Part shown: positions 51,728-61,969 of the stretch, in pieces
How positions within the stretch are numbered: position 1 is the stretch's first letter
Layout of the letters: every line of letters starts with the position of its first letter
DNA from: Bdellovibrionales bacterium
GTDB lineage: Bacteria > Bdellovibrionota > Bdellovibrionia > Bdellovibrionales > UBA1609
Assembly: GCA_965261545.1 (NCBI GenBank)
Contig: CBDHDF010000007.1
Span: forward strand, 480,001 to 544,000
DNA length: 64,000 nucleotides
Direction: 5' to 3'
Position numbers and translations under genes: made by a program
Notes under the pieces: model-generated
Told to the model about the DNA's origin: nothing
The model's database searches: none
What the model saw: the letters and a program-made list of their open reading frames with translations, nothing else

Positions 51728-52015
51728 ACCCACTCCTCCTTCAACCAAAGATTCAATTAGTTAGAACGACAACTAAAACCATGAGAGTTCTCTAAAGGAC
51801 GCCAAGATAACAGTAGCCCCGAATGCCACTCACTGGTTTATTCTAAACAGGATTATTTATAAACTCAACTTGTATTTGCCCCCACTGAACTCCTAAGCTT
51901 CCAACTTGAAACGAAGCAGCACTTTGAAATTGTAGTGACTGTGGCCTTCCCTAATTCCTTCATGCTAGAGGAGGTAGAATCAAGACCTTGACTCCCTCGC
52001 TCCACCATGGCGGCT

Positions 52016-52324
52016 CTATTCCTTAGAGTCGGCCTTGGACTCCATTGTGGAGTCAGTTCTGGACTCTATCTTGGACTCCTTTGTGGAGTTTACCTTGACC
52101 ATCAAACTTCTGACACGTCGAGTTGGCTGGGCCCCCTTAGCCATCCAAGACTTTACCCGGTCCATATCAAGGCTTAAGCCTTTATTTATATCTTTCACAA
52201 AGGGGTTAAAGTGCCCCACCACATCAATATGCTTCCCTGTGGCGGCTCTCCTAGAGTCTGCAACTGTAACTCGATACTTGGGATAATGAGTGGACCCAAT
52301 GCGAGCGAGACGAATGACAACCAT
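52016..52324 (-). CDS. rpsP: 30S ribosomal protein S16 with C-terminal repeat tail
   Basis: MVVIRLAR, YRVTVADSR, KGAQPT. Confidence 0.95.
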   Translation of the reverse strand: MVVIRLARIGSTHYPKYRVTVADSRRAATGKHIDVVGHFNPFVKDINKGLSLDMDRVKSWMAKGAQPTRRVRSLMVKVNSTKESKIESRTDSTMESKADSKE

Positions 52325-52858
52325 TTTGCTCCTTTTCAATCAAATGCCAAAATTCATCAGCAAGACCTATTTGAATACACTGAAGCCAAGAAATGAGTCA
52401 AGTAGATTTATGAGATACCTGAAATCCCTAAAAGTTGTAACTAGGTTTAATGTATTGCGTTAATTTTCCTCTTTTCCTATGGAATTTGCTGCGAAAGGTC
52501 CTCTTCGTCCCCATTGGATAGATGAGGCATAGTGGTAGCCACAGCCACCGTCACATTTGAAACAGATAAAAAACATCATTTTGTCTTGGAAAGCCCATCT
52601 ATTTGGAAGGCTGAAAAAATATCCTTTTGTTTTTTAGACAGCTCTCCAAGCATCAGATCACCTGTAGCTAATTCATAAAATTTTAATCGGTCCAGCATTT
52701 TGTAAATTTCTATTTTAGACATTTTTTTATATAACTTCTTATCTTTCATAACAGTAATACCCGAGTTTGACAGCAGCATCCGCGTCAAGCTCGCCAGATC
52801 AAAATTAGAGGTAATAGAGGGGTAAAATCAGTATTTTTGAAAACCGTGTAGTGAACTA

Positions 52859-54757
52859 CCTGAAATCCCTAAAAGTTGTAACTAGGTGTAGGGCTTAAGT
52901 CCTGATTATTGTCTGAGAAGGCCTTCACTTTGATTAAGAGATTGTCATCTCTTCAAAAGCATAGTTACAATATTAACGATGTCATACACTTTTGAGCAAA
53001 AAAATAAGGGAAAAACCTATGTCTATAAAGTTGAAAGCTTTTGGGACAAGGAAAAAAAGCAGGCCAGGCAAAAACGCATCTACCTTGGAAGAAAGGATGA
53101 GTTTACAGGTCAAATTAAGACCAAAAGAAAAAAGATTCCCATAGGCTCCTATAATGTGGGAGCCTTATTTTTCTTAGAGAAAATATGCGAACAACTAAAT
53201 CTTCTAAAAACATTGTCTAAAATTTATCCAGATAATTACGAACATTATTTGCATTTAGCTTTTTTTAAAATAATCAAAAGAGAGCCCTTTTATCTTTACG
53301 ATATGTGGTGTCAAGAAGCTTATGTTTCAAAGAAAAATTTTATGTCGTCACAAAAAATAAGCAATCTCTTATGTGATCTTGGGAGAGATCAAAAAAAGAT
53401 AGAATCTTTCTTTAGCGAATGGATAAGTCAAGTGAAGGGTTCTGGTACGGTAATGTTTGACATCACATCCTTTTCTTCCTACTCTATGAATAATGAATTT
53501 TTAGAGAAAGGTTACAACAGAGATGGAGAGAATCTCGAACAGATAAACTTAGGTCTGATAAGTAGGAAATCTGAAGACAATAAAACTCATACGCCTATAG
53601 CGTACAGAATCTATCCTGGAAGTATACCGGATGTCAAAACTTTATCGAATATTATTGAGATCATAACAAGTTATAAATTAGATTTAGATTGTTTAGTTAT
53701 GGATAAGGGTTTTTCTAGTGTAGAAAATATTAAGGGACTGCATCGTAAGGAATTGAAGTATTTGATACCCATGAGTTTTAGAACAAAACTCTCAAGAGAG
53801 CTTGCTGTGGCTTTAAATGAGAAAATAAAATCTCCATCATGCTCTTTTACTTTTAATGAGGAAATTTATTCGCATTGCAAAGAATCAATAAAAATCGGAG
53901 GATTTGATTGTACGGCTCATATTTTCTTAGACAAAGAAAGAAGGGTTTATGAGGAATCTGTGTTAATGAAAGAGTTGCTTGATTTTATGAAACTCTTTCT
54001 TGAGAAAGATTTGAAATCAGAAGAACAAGCTAGTTCCTATATGAAAGAAACTTTAGGAAATAAAAAAAGGTTTCTCAATATCTCTGATTGCACTCCATTT
54101 AAGATTTCTTTAAATGAAGAAAATATTAATGAAGAATCTTCTACGCTGGGTATTATGATATTAATTACAAATAGTCATGATTTAAAGAAAACAGATATAT
54201 TGAGTTTATATCGAAACAAAGATATCATTGAGAAAGTATTTTTCTCATTCAAGCATGATATTAATGGAAGGAGAAGTCGAGTTCATTCTCTCATGAATAT
54301 GAGGGGAAGCATCTTTATTAATTTTCTCTCTTTAATTTTAATTTCACATATTGATACTGTTATGAAAGATAAGAAGTTATATAAAAAAATGTCTAAAATA
54401 GAAATTTACAAAATGATGGACCGATTAAAATTTTATGAATTAGCTACAGGTGATCTGATGCTTGGAGAGCTGTCTAAAAAACAAAAGGATATTTTTTCAG
54501 CCTTCCAAATAGATGGGCTTCCCAAGACAAAATGATGTTTTTTATCTGTTTCAAATGTGACGGTGGCTGTGGCTACCACTATGCCTCATCTATCCAATGG
54601 AGACGAAGAGGACCTTTCGCAGCAAATTTTTATGAATCATATTAAATATATTAATACTATTAAACCTCTCAAACCGTTGACAGCAGCCAATTCCATAGGA
54701 AGAGAGGAAAGTTAACGCAATACATTAAACCTAGTTACAACTTTTAGGGATTTCAGG
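52859..54757 (+). mobile_element. Intact IS1634-family element
   Basis: Matching TIRs and 6-bp TSD gaacta. Confidence 0.95.
52979..54535 (+). CDS. IS1634 transposase
   Basis: FDITSFSSYS, GYNRD, MDKGF, YRNKDIIEKVF. Confidence 0.95.
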   Translation: MSYTFEQKNKGKTYVYKVESFWDKEKKQARQKRIYLGRKDEFTGQIKTKRKKIPIGSYNVGALFFLEKICEQLNLLKTLSKIYPDNYEHYLHLAFFKIIKREPFYLYDMWCQEAYVSKKNFMSSQKISNLLCDLGRDQKKIESFFSEWISQVKGSGTVMFDITSFSSYSMNNEFLEKGYNRDGENLEQINLGLISRKSEDNKTHTPIAYRIYPGSIPDVKTLSNIIEIITSYKLDLDCLVMDKGFSSVENIKGLHRKELKYLIPMSFRTKLSRELAVALNEKIKSPSCSFTFNEEIYSHCKESIKIGGFDCTAHIFLDKERRVYEESVLMKELLDFMKLFLEKDLKSEEQASSYMKETLGNKKRFLNISDCTPFKISLNEENINEESSTLGIMILITNSHDLKKTDILSLYRNKDIIEKVFFSFKHDINGRRSRVHSLMNMRGSIFINFLSLILISHIDTVMKDKKLYKKMSKIEIYKMMDRLKFYELATGDLMLGELSKKQKDIFSAFQIDGLPKTK

Positions 54758-56769
54758 GAACTATTATTCTGGTAAGTGGAAAAAAGGCCGCTCATATCAT
54801 AAGGACTCCCGACTTGGTAGGTACTGAAGTAGCCTTGGAGGTGTCGCTACTCCCACCACGGCCTTGAATAAAGCATGGGCGTTGCCTTTGATCTCTGTAC
54901 CAATGCCGTTTCCTTAAGAAAAATCTCTTGAAATCATTAGATAAATCGACAAGAATAAGACTTGTTTTATTTTACACCCAACCCTCAACCAAGGAGTAAG
55001 TCACATGCAATCCAATATTGATCTCGAAAGCCCCCAAATGACGAGTTCGCGTCACAGATGACCATTTTATTCTACCAAAACTTGATTCTTCCTTCAAGCC
55101 AGAGCACCTTGTCGATCCAGAAAAACAAAAAAGGAATCGAAAATTTAATCCTCAAATTTTCTTTTTTACCATTATCTATCTTATTTCCGGAACAAATTAC
55201 GAAGGCTACCAAATCGCTCTTAAGACGGTATGGACTCATTTTGGTGACCTGCTTCTCATGCCAGTCAAAAGCAGTCTCAGCAAGATACGTCAAAGTATTT
55301 CTTACCTATTTTTTAAAAATATCTTTGAATCTCTGATTACAGACTACGAACCATTGAGAAAAACGTTTCATGGCTTTTATATCTATGCCATAGATGGCGA
55401 CCAATTAGCACTTCCTCGCTCTAAAGATCTTTTAAAGGAGGGTTATTGTGGGTACCCTTGCCCAAATGAGATGGAAACTCATTTCTTACGTATGTATCTA
55501 TCTCATGCTTATGACGTTTTATCGGGTGTGACAAAGAATCTTTGCTATTCTCCCGCTCTCAACGAAATCGCCAATGCTATTCAAATGATAGGTAGTTTCT
55601 GTCCAGAAAGGCCCATTTTTTGTTCTCTGACACTCCCCATTGAGCCTCCCAATGCCTCAATGGGGGAGTGAGAGTTGGAGATTTGCCACACAAACTCTAC
55701 AGATTAAGGGGAAAAAGGTCTTTAAGCGACTTGCGCCCTAGTTTTTTCGATTTGAAGACGCACCCCTACCTTTGGAAGATTTTAGCACCTTCGACCTGGT
55801 CCATTGCTGTTATTCCTAATGGATAAATTTAGGTGACAGTTGATAATTCATGTCTTGCCAAGACAACAAAATTATAGGCACAAACGGCATTCTTTACATA
55901 CCTCTTAAAACCATCATGCCCTTTCCAGTAAGCAACTCTCATACCAAAACATCTCTTAAGGAATGAAATAACAGCCTCTATTCCGGCTCTCCAATTGAGA
56001 AGATTTTTAAAGACCCAAGCACTTTTAACCATCTTTAATATTTTCATTCCTTTTTTTTCTGGGAAGCAAACATCTTTAGCCCCCATCTCTTTGGCCTCTT
56101 CAAGATTTTCTTTTGAAGCAAACCCACCATCTGCACTTACTTTTACAGGGCAAGCCCCATAGGTTTGTGTCACTGAATTCATAACTTTTAAAAACATATC
56201 AGAGTCTGCGGGGTTGCCATCAGGGATCTGACAATCTAAAATCATGTTGCTTTGCCCTGAGGTCAAAAAGATTTTATGCCCAAACTCGACTTCTCTTTGC
56301 CCCTTTACAATAATGTCTGTATGCGGTTCAAAGATGGATAGGACCTTTTTTTCAGAAGATACTTTTTTCCCCTCAATAACTCTTTTTTGAGTTTGAAAGA
56401 TGATTTTTTCCAGGTAGAAGGCAACATTTTCTAACTGTTTTAGACTCTTTTTCAAAGCATTCATCTTCACACATTTTTGTTCTTTTTTTATCTTTCTGAT
56501 GGTATCAGGTAATCCTTTGTTCAATTTGGTAGCGATTTTTAAAAGCTCCTTATAGCAAGGTAGTCTTTCCGCATCATTTTTGGAATTATTAATTTTGTAA
56601 AGCAAGGTTTTTGCTCTCTTAAGATCTTCTCTTGAAATAAGTCGCCAAAAATCTTTCATGACATTTTTACGAACTTTTTTAAATTCTCTTTCTGTAACTC
56701 TTATGCAGTCATATAAAAGCGATGCATCCGTTGGATGATGAATATTTGATCACTCATGTTGATACCCCC

Positions 56770-58815
56770 TTAGTAACGTAGCTTTTTAATTGATCCGGAC
56801 TTAAGTTTTTTAAAGTCAGATATGGTTTTTTTCTTATCTGGAAAGAGATAAGCCTTTGTTTTCTCGTGTTTTTTGACAATGATCCTCCCTTGTTTAATAT
56901 GGTGATAAATCCAATGAACTTTAACATCAATAAGTGCTGCAATTTGAGATGTTGTGAGGCTTCCCTCGACTTTGGTCGGAAAAGAGTGCTTTCGATTCCG
57001 ATAGATTTTATTGTTTAGTCTATAGGACTTCACAGTATTTCTGAGAAAAGTGGTATCCATTGGTGATCTGAATCCTTTTTGGGTCAATAGTTTGGCAATA
57101 TCTTCATCAGACACCCCAAGCTTGACCTGCTGCGCAATTATTTTCTTTATCGTTTCAGAAGATGACAGTTCATCAAAAGATCCAACTTTGATTGGAATGC
57201 TAGCTTCTGTTGTATCTCCTCCAATCCAAACAATTCTCAGTGCAACCATATCTCTTTTCTTTCTGTGAATGACAACCTTTTCAACCAATGTTCTAAGAAT
57301 TTTCTTTTTCATGTCTTTGGTCAATATCTTATCCTCCCATAGCGAAGGTAGTTTTTGATTCAAATCTGAAAATTCTCTTTTCATTTTTTGAGAGATCACA
57401 GTTGGAATACGCTGTTCATTCTTAACCCTCTCTAGGTGATCTTCGGCTTTTTTAAGTATTACTAAAGCCTCTTCCCATTGTGTTTCTAATTCATCTGCAA
57501 CAAGTCTATTCTCAGGGTCTACTTTGCGATACCTCTTTTCTACCAGTTGAGCTTCATACCTTAAACGCTGAATTTGCTGAATGTGTGATTTGTAAACCTC
57601 TTGGTCAATTTTTGACTTATTTTCTAAAGCCTTGGCATACAAGTCTAGCTCGACAGGGGAAAGAACCTTAAAAAAAGTGTTTACTACATAATCATCGATT
57701 GGATCTGTAGGAATGAATTGGCAAGTAGGTTCCCGATGTTGTTGGCGTAGATAGTTGCATAAGTATCGAGTTGCTGTTTTATACTGCACTGACATTTTGT
57801 GGCCACATTCTCCACAATAGACTATCCCATGTAAGAGGGCCTTACCAGGGCGAGGTATGCCTCTTGTTTTATTACGAGTATATTCAGTGTAGTTGTCTTT
57901 TAGAATTTCTTGTATTTTTAAGAATGTATTCCAATCGATATATTTAGGATATTTATCTTTCACAACAATTTTCCATTCATTAAGTGGAAGCTTTGTACGC
58001 TTAAGTTTTCCAGCTAAGTCTTTTCTACGGTATTCAGCTTTGCCATATACAAAAGTTCCGCTATAAGCTGGATTCTTCAAAATAGAAAGTATGGCTGCCT
58101 TGGATGTTTTTTTCCAATGAATACTTTTTACAAAATCAACTCTTGGAAGTAAGAGGTTGTTATCGTTAAAAAATCGCGACACCTTACCGGCTGATTTCAG
58201 TTTTAAGAATATAGTAAATACTAAATTTATGCGATCTTGTAAATCTTTATTTGGATCTTTTAGCACTTTACCTTGTTCTGTTCGAATAAAACCAACTGGT
58301 AATTTAAGAGCTAAATCTCCTCGCTTGGCTTTGTTGAGAAGACCTGCTGTTAATCTATTGCGTATCGTAAATAATTCCATTTCTGAGAGTTGACCTTTAA
58401 ACCCGAGTAACATTCTTCCATTAACATTAGAAGGGTTATAAATAGACTCTCTATCAGCAATGAGGCAATTCTTAAAAGCACACAGATCAAGTAATTGGTA
58501 CCAGTCCGTACAGTTTCTAGATAGACGAGTGACATCGTACGATAGAATAATACCAATTTTTTCCAAGGTCACTTCTGCAAGGATATTCTTGAAGCCTTCT
58601 CTAAACTGTATACTACTTCCTGTGATCCCCAAATCATCATCGACAATTTCAATACTATCTTCTTGCCAACCTAATTCAGTAGCTCTTTGCCTGAGTGAGT
58701 ATTGAAGGTCGAGACTTTCTTTGTTTTTGATGGCTTGCTGAGGGGTCGACTGTCTGATGTATATTATGGCTTTTCTCTTTAAGTGAATAGGTGTAATCAA
58801 TTCCGATGTTTTCAT
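56770..58815 (-). CDS. Large serine recombinase (resolvase, recombinase, zinc ribbon and C-terminal HTH)
   Basis: AIIYIRQS catalytic Ser, TRLSR, ILKNPAYSG, LLHGIVYCGECG, VDPENRLVA; GAGGAG RBS. Confidence 0.95.
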   Translation of the reverse strand: MKTSELITPIHLKRKAIIYIRQSTPQQAIKNKESLDLQYSLRQRATELGWQEDSIEIVDDDLGITGSSIQFREGFKNILAEVTLEKIGIILSYDVTRLSRNCTDWYQLLDLCAFKNCLIADRESIYNPSNVNGRMLLGFKGQLSEMELFTIRNRLTAGLLNKAKRGDLALKLPVGFIRTEQGKVLKDPNKDLQDRINLVFTIFLKLKSAGKVSRFFNDNNLLLPRVDFVKSIHWKKTSKAAILSILKNPAYSGTFVYGKAEYRRKDLAGKLKRTKLPLNEWKIVVKDKYPKYIDWNTFLKIQEILKDNYTEYTRNKTRGIPRPGKALLHGIVYCGECGHKMSVQYKTATRYLCNYLRQQHREPTCQFIPTDPIDDYVVNTFFKVLSPVELDLYAKALENKSKIDQEVYKSHIQQIQRLRYEAQLVEKRYRKVDPENRLVADELETQWEEALVILKKAEDHLERVKNEQRIPTVISQKMKREFSDLNQKLPSLWEDKILTKDMKKKILRTLVEKVVIHRKKRDMVALRIVWIGGDTTEASIPIKVGSFDELSSSETIKKIIAQQVKLGVSDEDIAKLLTQKGFRSPMDTTFLRNTVKSYRLNNKIYRNRKHSFPTKVEGSLTTSQIAALIDVKVHWIYHHIKQGRIIVKKHEKTKAYLFPDKKKTISDFKKLKSGSIKKLRY

Positions 58816-58839
58816 ATATAATCTCCTCAATGGCTAAAG

Positions 58840-59201
58840 TTAAGTCTTTGATGACTTGCTTTTGAATTTCTTTTGGCAGTCTTGGCCAGACATCTTTTGG
58901 TGTAATTGACATAGTTGCTCTTCCAGTTGTTGAGTCAGTGAAATTAGCTCCTGAATTGCAACTATACCAAGTTTGCTTGGGGCCTGCCTATCGTAGAGAT
59001 TGGGGTTCAGATTGGTAGAAGCCAATGGTATGCGTAGCGTCATGTGGTTCTTGTATTGAACAAAAGCAAAAGTAGATTTTTTCTGATTTTTAGGTATGGA
59101 AATCACCTTGAATGACTTCCTATAAAGGGGATGGGAGGGGTCCGTGACCCTTAGCTCTCTAAAACCTCTGTCGTTGACGGGGGTATTAAGTAATGGACTC
59201 G
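58840..59201 (-). CDS. Accessory ORF (resembles Y4bD/DUF5372 type), open to the element end with no start before its conserved motif
   Basis: Frame reads SPLLNTPVNDRGFRELRVTDPSHPLYRKSFKVISIP...; first in-frame start (GTG 59106) lies after the VTDPSHPL motif. Confidence 0.75.
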
Positions 59202-60080
59202 TTTGATTTCGTCACTGTACTGTCCAATCTCATTTTCTTACACGGCTCAATCTTTTGATCTCTTGCATCTGAAACTAAAGAGGCGCTAATAATTCCCCAA
59301 GTTTCTTCACTTATTTGAACAATCAAGTCCTGTAAGGTGGAGTGAGCGTAATTTTCTTCCAATTCAAGGCCCAGAAAAGCTCTGGTGGATACTGAATCGA
59401 CAAGATTAAAGGCTAACGCACGATAGGAAAGACCTCTTATGGATTTAAGAATAGCCACCTTGAGAACTTGCTCCGATGTCATACCAATATCACCAGAATC
59501 TTTCTTTTCTTTAACAAGGTCTTCATGAACCATATGGGCAAACTCTGGATGGCGATCAATGATGTTATTAATTTGCTGCAATTCTGTACTGAGTTGGTGG
59601 TTAGGATATTGGGAAAAGAGTCCCAACTGTGTCTTCTTCAAATGGCGCATAGTCCCCCCTTTGGTGAAAGTTTCTCTTTAATTTTTATATTAACATACGT
59701 TTTTTTGAGGGAAAAAAGTGAGCAAGGATGTCTTTTAAGAAGAAAAAAATCAGAGAGGTTCTCGGAGAACATGGATAAGAATTCTACCTCATAGAGAGGT
59801 TCCCACGCCTCCTAAAACCTACATAAAAAATAAATGAAGAATAAAATATCAAAAATTATTTCTCTGAAAAAACACGTCAAGTATTTTTTGAAGTTGATGC
59901 GCAACGTAATGTTATTTCCCTGAAGGAGGTTTGAAATCACCACGGTGGAAACACAGGTTGATCCAACTCTTCCTCTCATATCAAGTAACCAGTTGATAGC
60001 CACATAAGTCACTGAAAGGGAGGGGCTGTGAAAGGTTCGTCAAGAGAGGGGGGGGGGGGAACTTATTTTATTTTTCCGTT

Positions 60081-61969
60081 GGGACTGTAAAAATAATTGT
60101 GTAACTGCAATTTTTTTCTTAAATCTTAAAGCCACTTATGTGGCTCCACTCCTGGTAAAAAGCACAGTCCCATATTATTCGTCAATGTATAATTGACATT
60201 TTTTCCTTCAAGCGATTTTGTCAGTCACAATGCATTATAAGTTAATGGGGAGGTGGACATCTTCGCTGGTCTATATAATTGGCCTCTTTAGTTACTCTGG
60301 ACTTTTGATTGTATTATGGAGCCGTAATGGGATCATATCAGAACTGGAAAGAACTCAAATAAATAATTATCATCTTGGTTGAAAAAAAATCAGCAATGGC
60401 TCTCTCAAAAAAATGGAAATTCCAATCTCATCAAAGGGTTCATGTGTTTAGGTTCCCATACTATATTACCCCCTTTTTTTTATTTTTTTTAACTTAGGAT
60501 ATTCGAGAAATACCAGAATTGGGATGAAATATGAAAAAAAATGGGAACCCAAATCTGCACCAAGAGGGCATGTATTTAGGTTCCCATACTATATTACCCT
60601 AACCATAGTCTCGGTATTCCAGTACTTCTGTCAACGCCTTAGAGGGGCTTTTAAGCCCCCTTATAAGGCAGGTGGTGGACCTTATTAAAAAACTTAGTTG
60701 TCAAAACGGTCACCGTATTCAATGGCAAACCTGTTCATGGCTGGCTTCCAGTTGTGTAATGGTCGTGTCCATCGCTTAGAGGCCATTTTTATCGCTAAAT
60801 ATACAACTTTTAAAGCCGACCGATCACTGGGAAATATCTTACGATTTCTGATCGCCTTGCGGATCACGCTATTTAACGACTCTATGGCGTTTGTGGTATA
60901 AAAAATCTTTCTGATTTCATCCGGATAATCGAAAATAGTGATGAGATTGTCCCAATTCCTACGCCAAGACTTTTCAATATTCGGATACTTTGAAGACCAC
61001 TTGGTACAAAATTCCTCAAGGGCCTTTTCAGCTTCTGTCAGAGTCGTAGAGCCATAAATGGACTTGAGGTCTTGGGCGACAGCTTTCATATCCTTGGAAG
61101 GGACATAGCGAAGGGAATTGCGGACCATATGGACAATGCACAGTTGTACTTTAGACTTGGGAAAAGCCGCTGAAATGGCTTGAGGAAAACCTGTAAGACC
61201 ATCTACAGAAAATATAAATACGTCTTTCAACCCTCGATTTTGCAGCTCAGTCAAAACACTCAACCAAAACTTTGAACCCTCATTTTCAGAAATCCATAGG
61301 CCCAACAAGTCTTTCTGACCCTCCTCTGTAATACCAAGAGCTAGGTAAATCGCCTTATTAATAACTCTCTTGTCTTGATGGACCTTCACCACGATACAGT
61401 CCAAAAATACGATAGGGTAAGTGCTATCCAAGGGGCGGTTCTGCCAAGCCGTAACTTCATCAATAACAGCATCCGTCACGTTGGCTATCACTGAGTGGGA
61501 TATCTCTGCACCATGGTAAAGGTCTTTGATAGCTCCTTGAATATCCCTGGTCGTCATTCCCCTCGCATAGAGGGTCAGAATACTGTCTTCAAAGCCCTCA
61601 AGACGAGTCTTGCCTTTGGGAATGACTTGGGGCTCAAAGGAGGCACTTCGGTCACGGGGGACCTGAAGCTCCACCTCGCCTTTCTCTCCCTTTATGGTCT
61701 TTCTACTGTAACCATTGCGAGTGTTGGATTTGCGGGTCTCAGACTTCTCATGCCTCTCATAACCTAGGTGATCGTCCATTTCCGCATTAAGAGCTGTCTC
61801 TAAAACAACCTTCATCAGTTGACCCGTTATGTCGGATAAATCCTTTTGGGTCTTGACGCTCTTCGCTAGTTCCTTGCCTATTGTCTTGATATCCATTCTG
61901 CCTTCTCCTTTCAGGATGATAGTTCATCCTAATATGATTCGGCAGTTACACAAAATAGTTTACAGGCTC
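60081..61969 (-). mobile_element. IS256-family element, copy 2
   Basis: Reverse complement of 24523-26410; 8-bp TSD tttccgtt. Confidence 0.95.
60694..61896 (-). CDS. IS256 transposase
   Basis: Same protein as 24596-25798 except N13S. Confidence 0.97.
   Translation of the reverse strand: MDIKTIGKELAKSVKTQKDLSDITGQLMKVVLETALNAEMDDHLGYERHEKSETRKSNTRNGYSRKTIKGEKGEVELQVPRDRSASFEPQVIPKGKTRLEGFEDSILTLYARGMTTRDIQGAIKDLYHGAEISHSVIANVTDAVIDEVTAWQNRPLDSTYPIVFLDCIVVKVHQDKRVINKAIYLALGITEEGQKDLLGLWISENEGSKFWLSVLTELQNRGLKDVFIFSVDGLTGFPQAISAAFPKSKVQLCIVHMVRNSLRYVPSKDMKAVAQDLKSIYGSTTLTEAEKALEEFCTKWSSKYPNIEKSWRRNWDNLITIFDYPDEIRKIFYTTNAIESLNSVIRKAIRNRKIFPSDRSALKVVYLAIKMASKRWTRPLHNWKPAMNRFAIEYGDRFDN

Larger units (their letters stand above)
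56751..59201 (-). mobile_element. 2.45-kb large serine recombinase element
   Basis: Absent from the otherwise identical copy at about 44230-44245; flanked by tttgat direct repeats; subterminal IR ttgataccccc / gggggtattaa. Confidence 0.93.

Noticed and set aside
60048..60059. Poly-G phase-variation tract (12 versus 8 in copy 1)
   Set aside because: Non-coding IS arm; cannot be told apart from homopolymer error.
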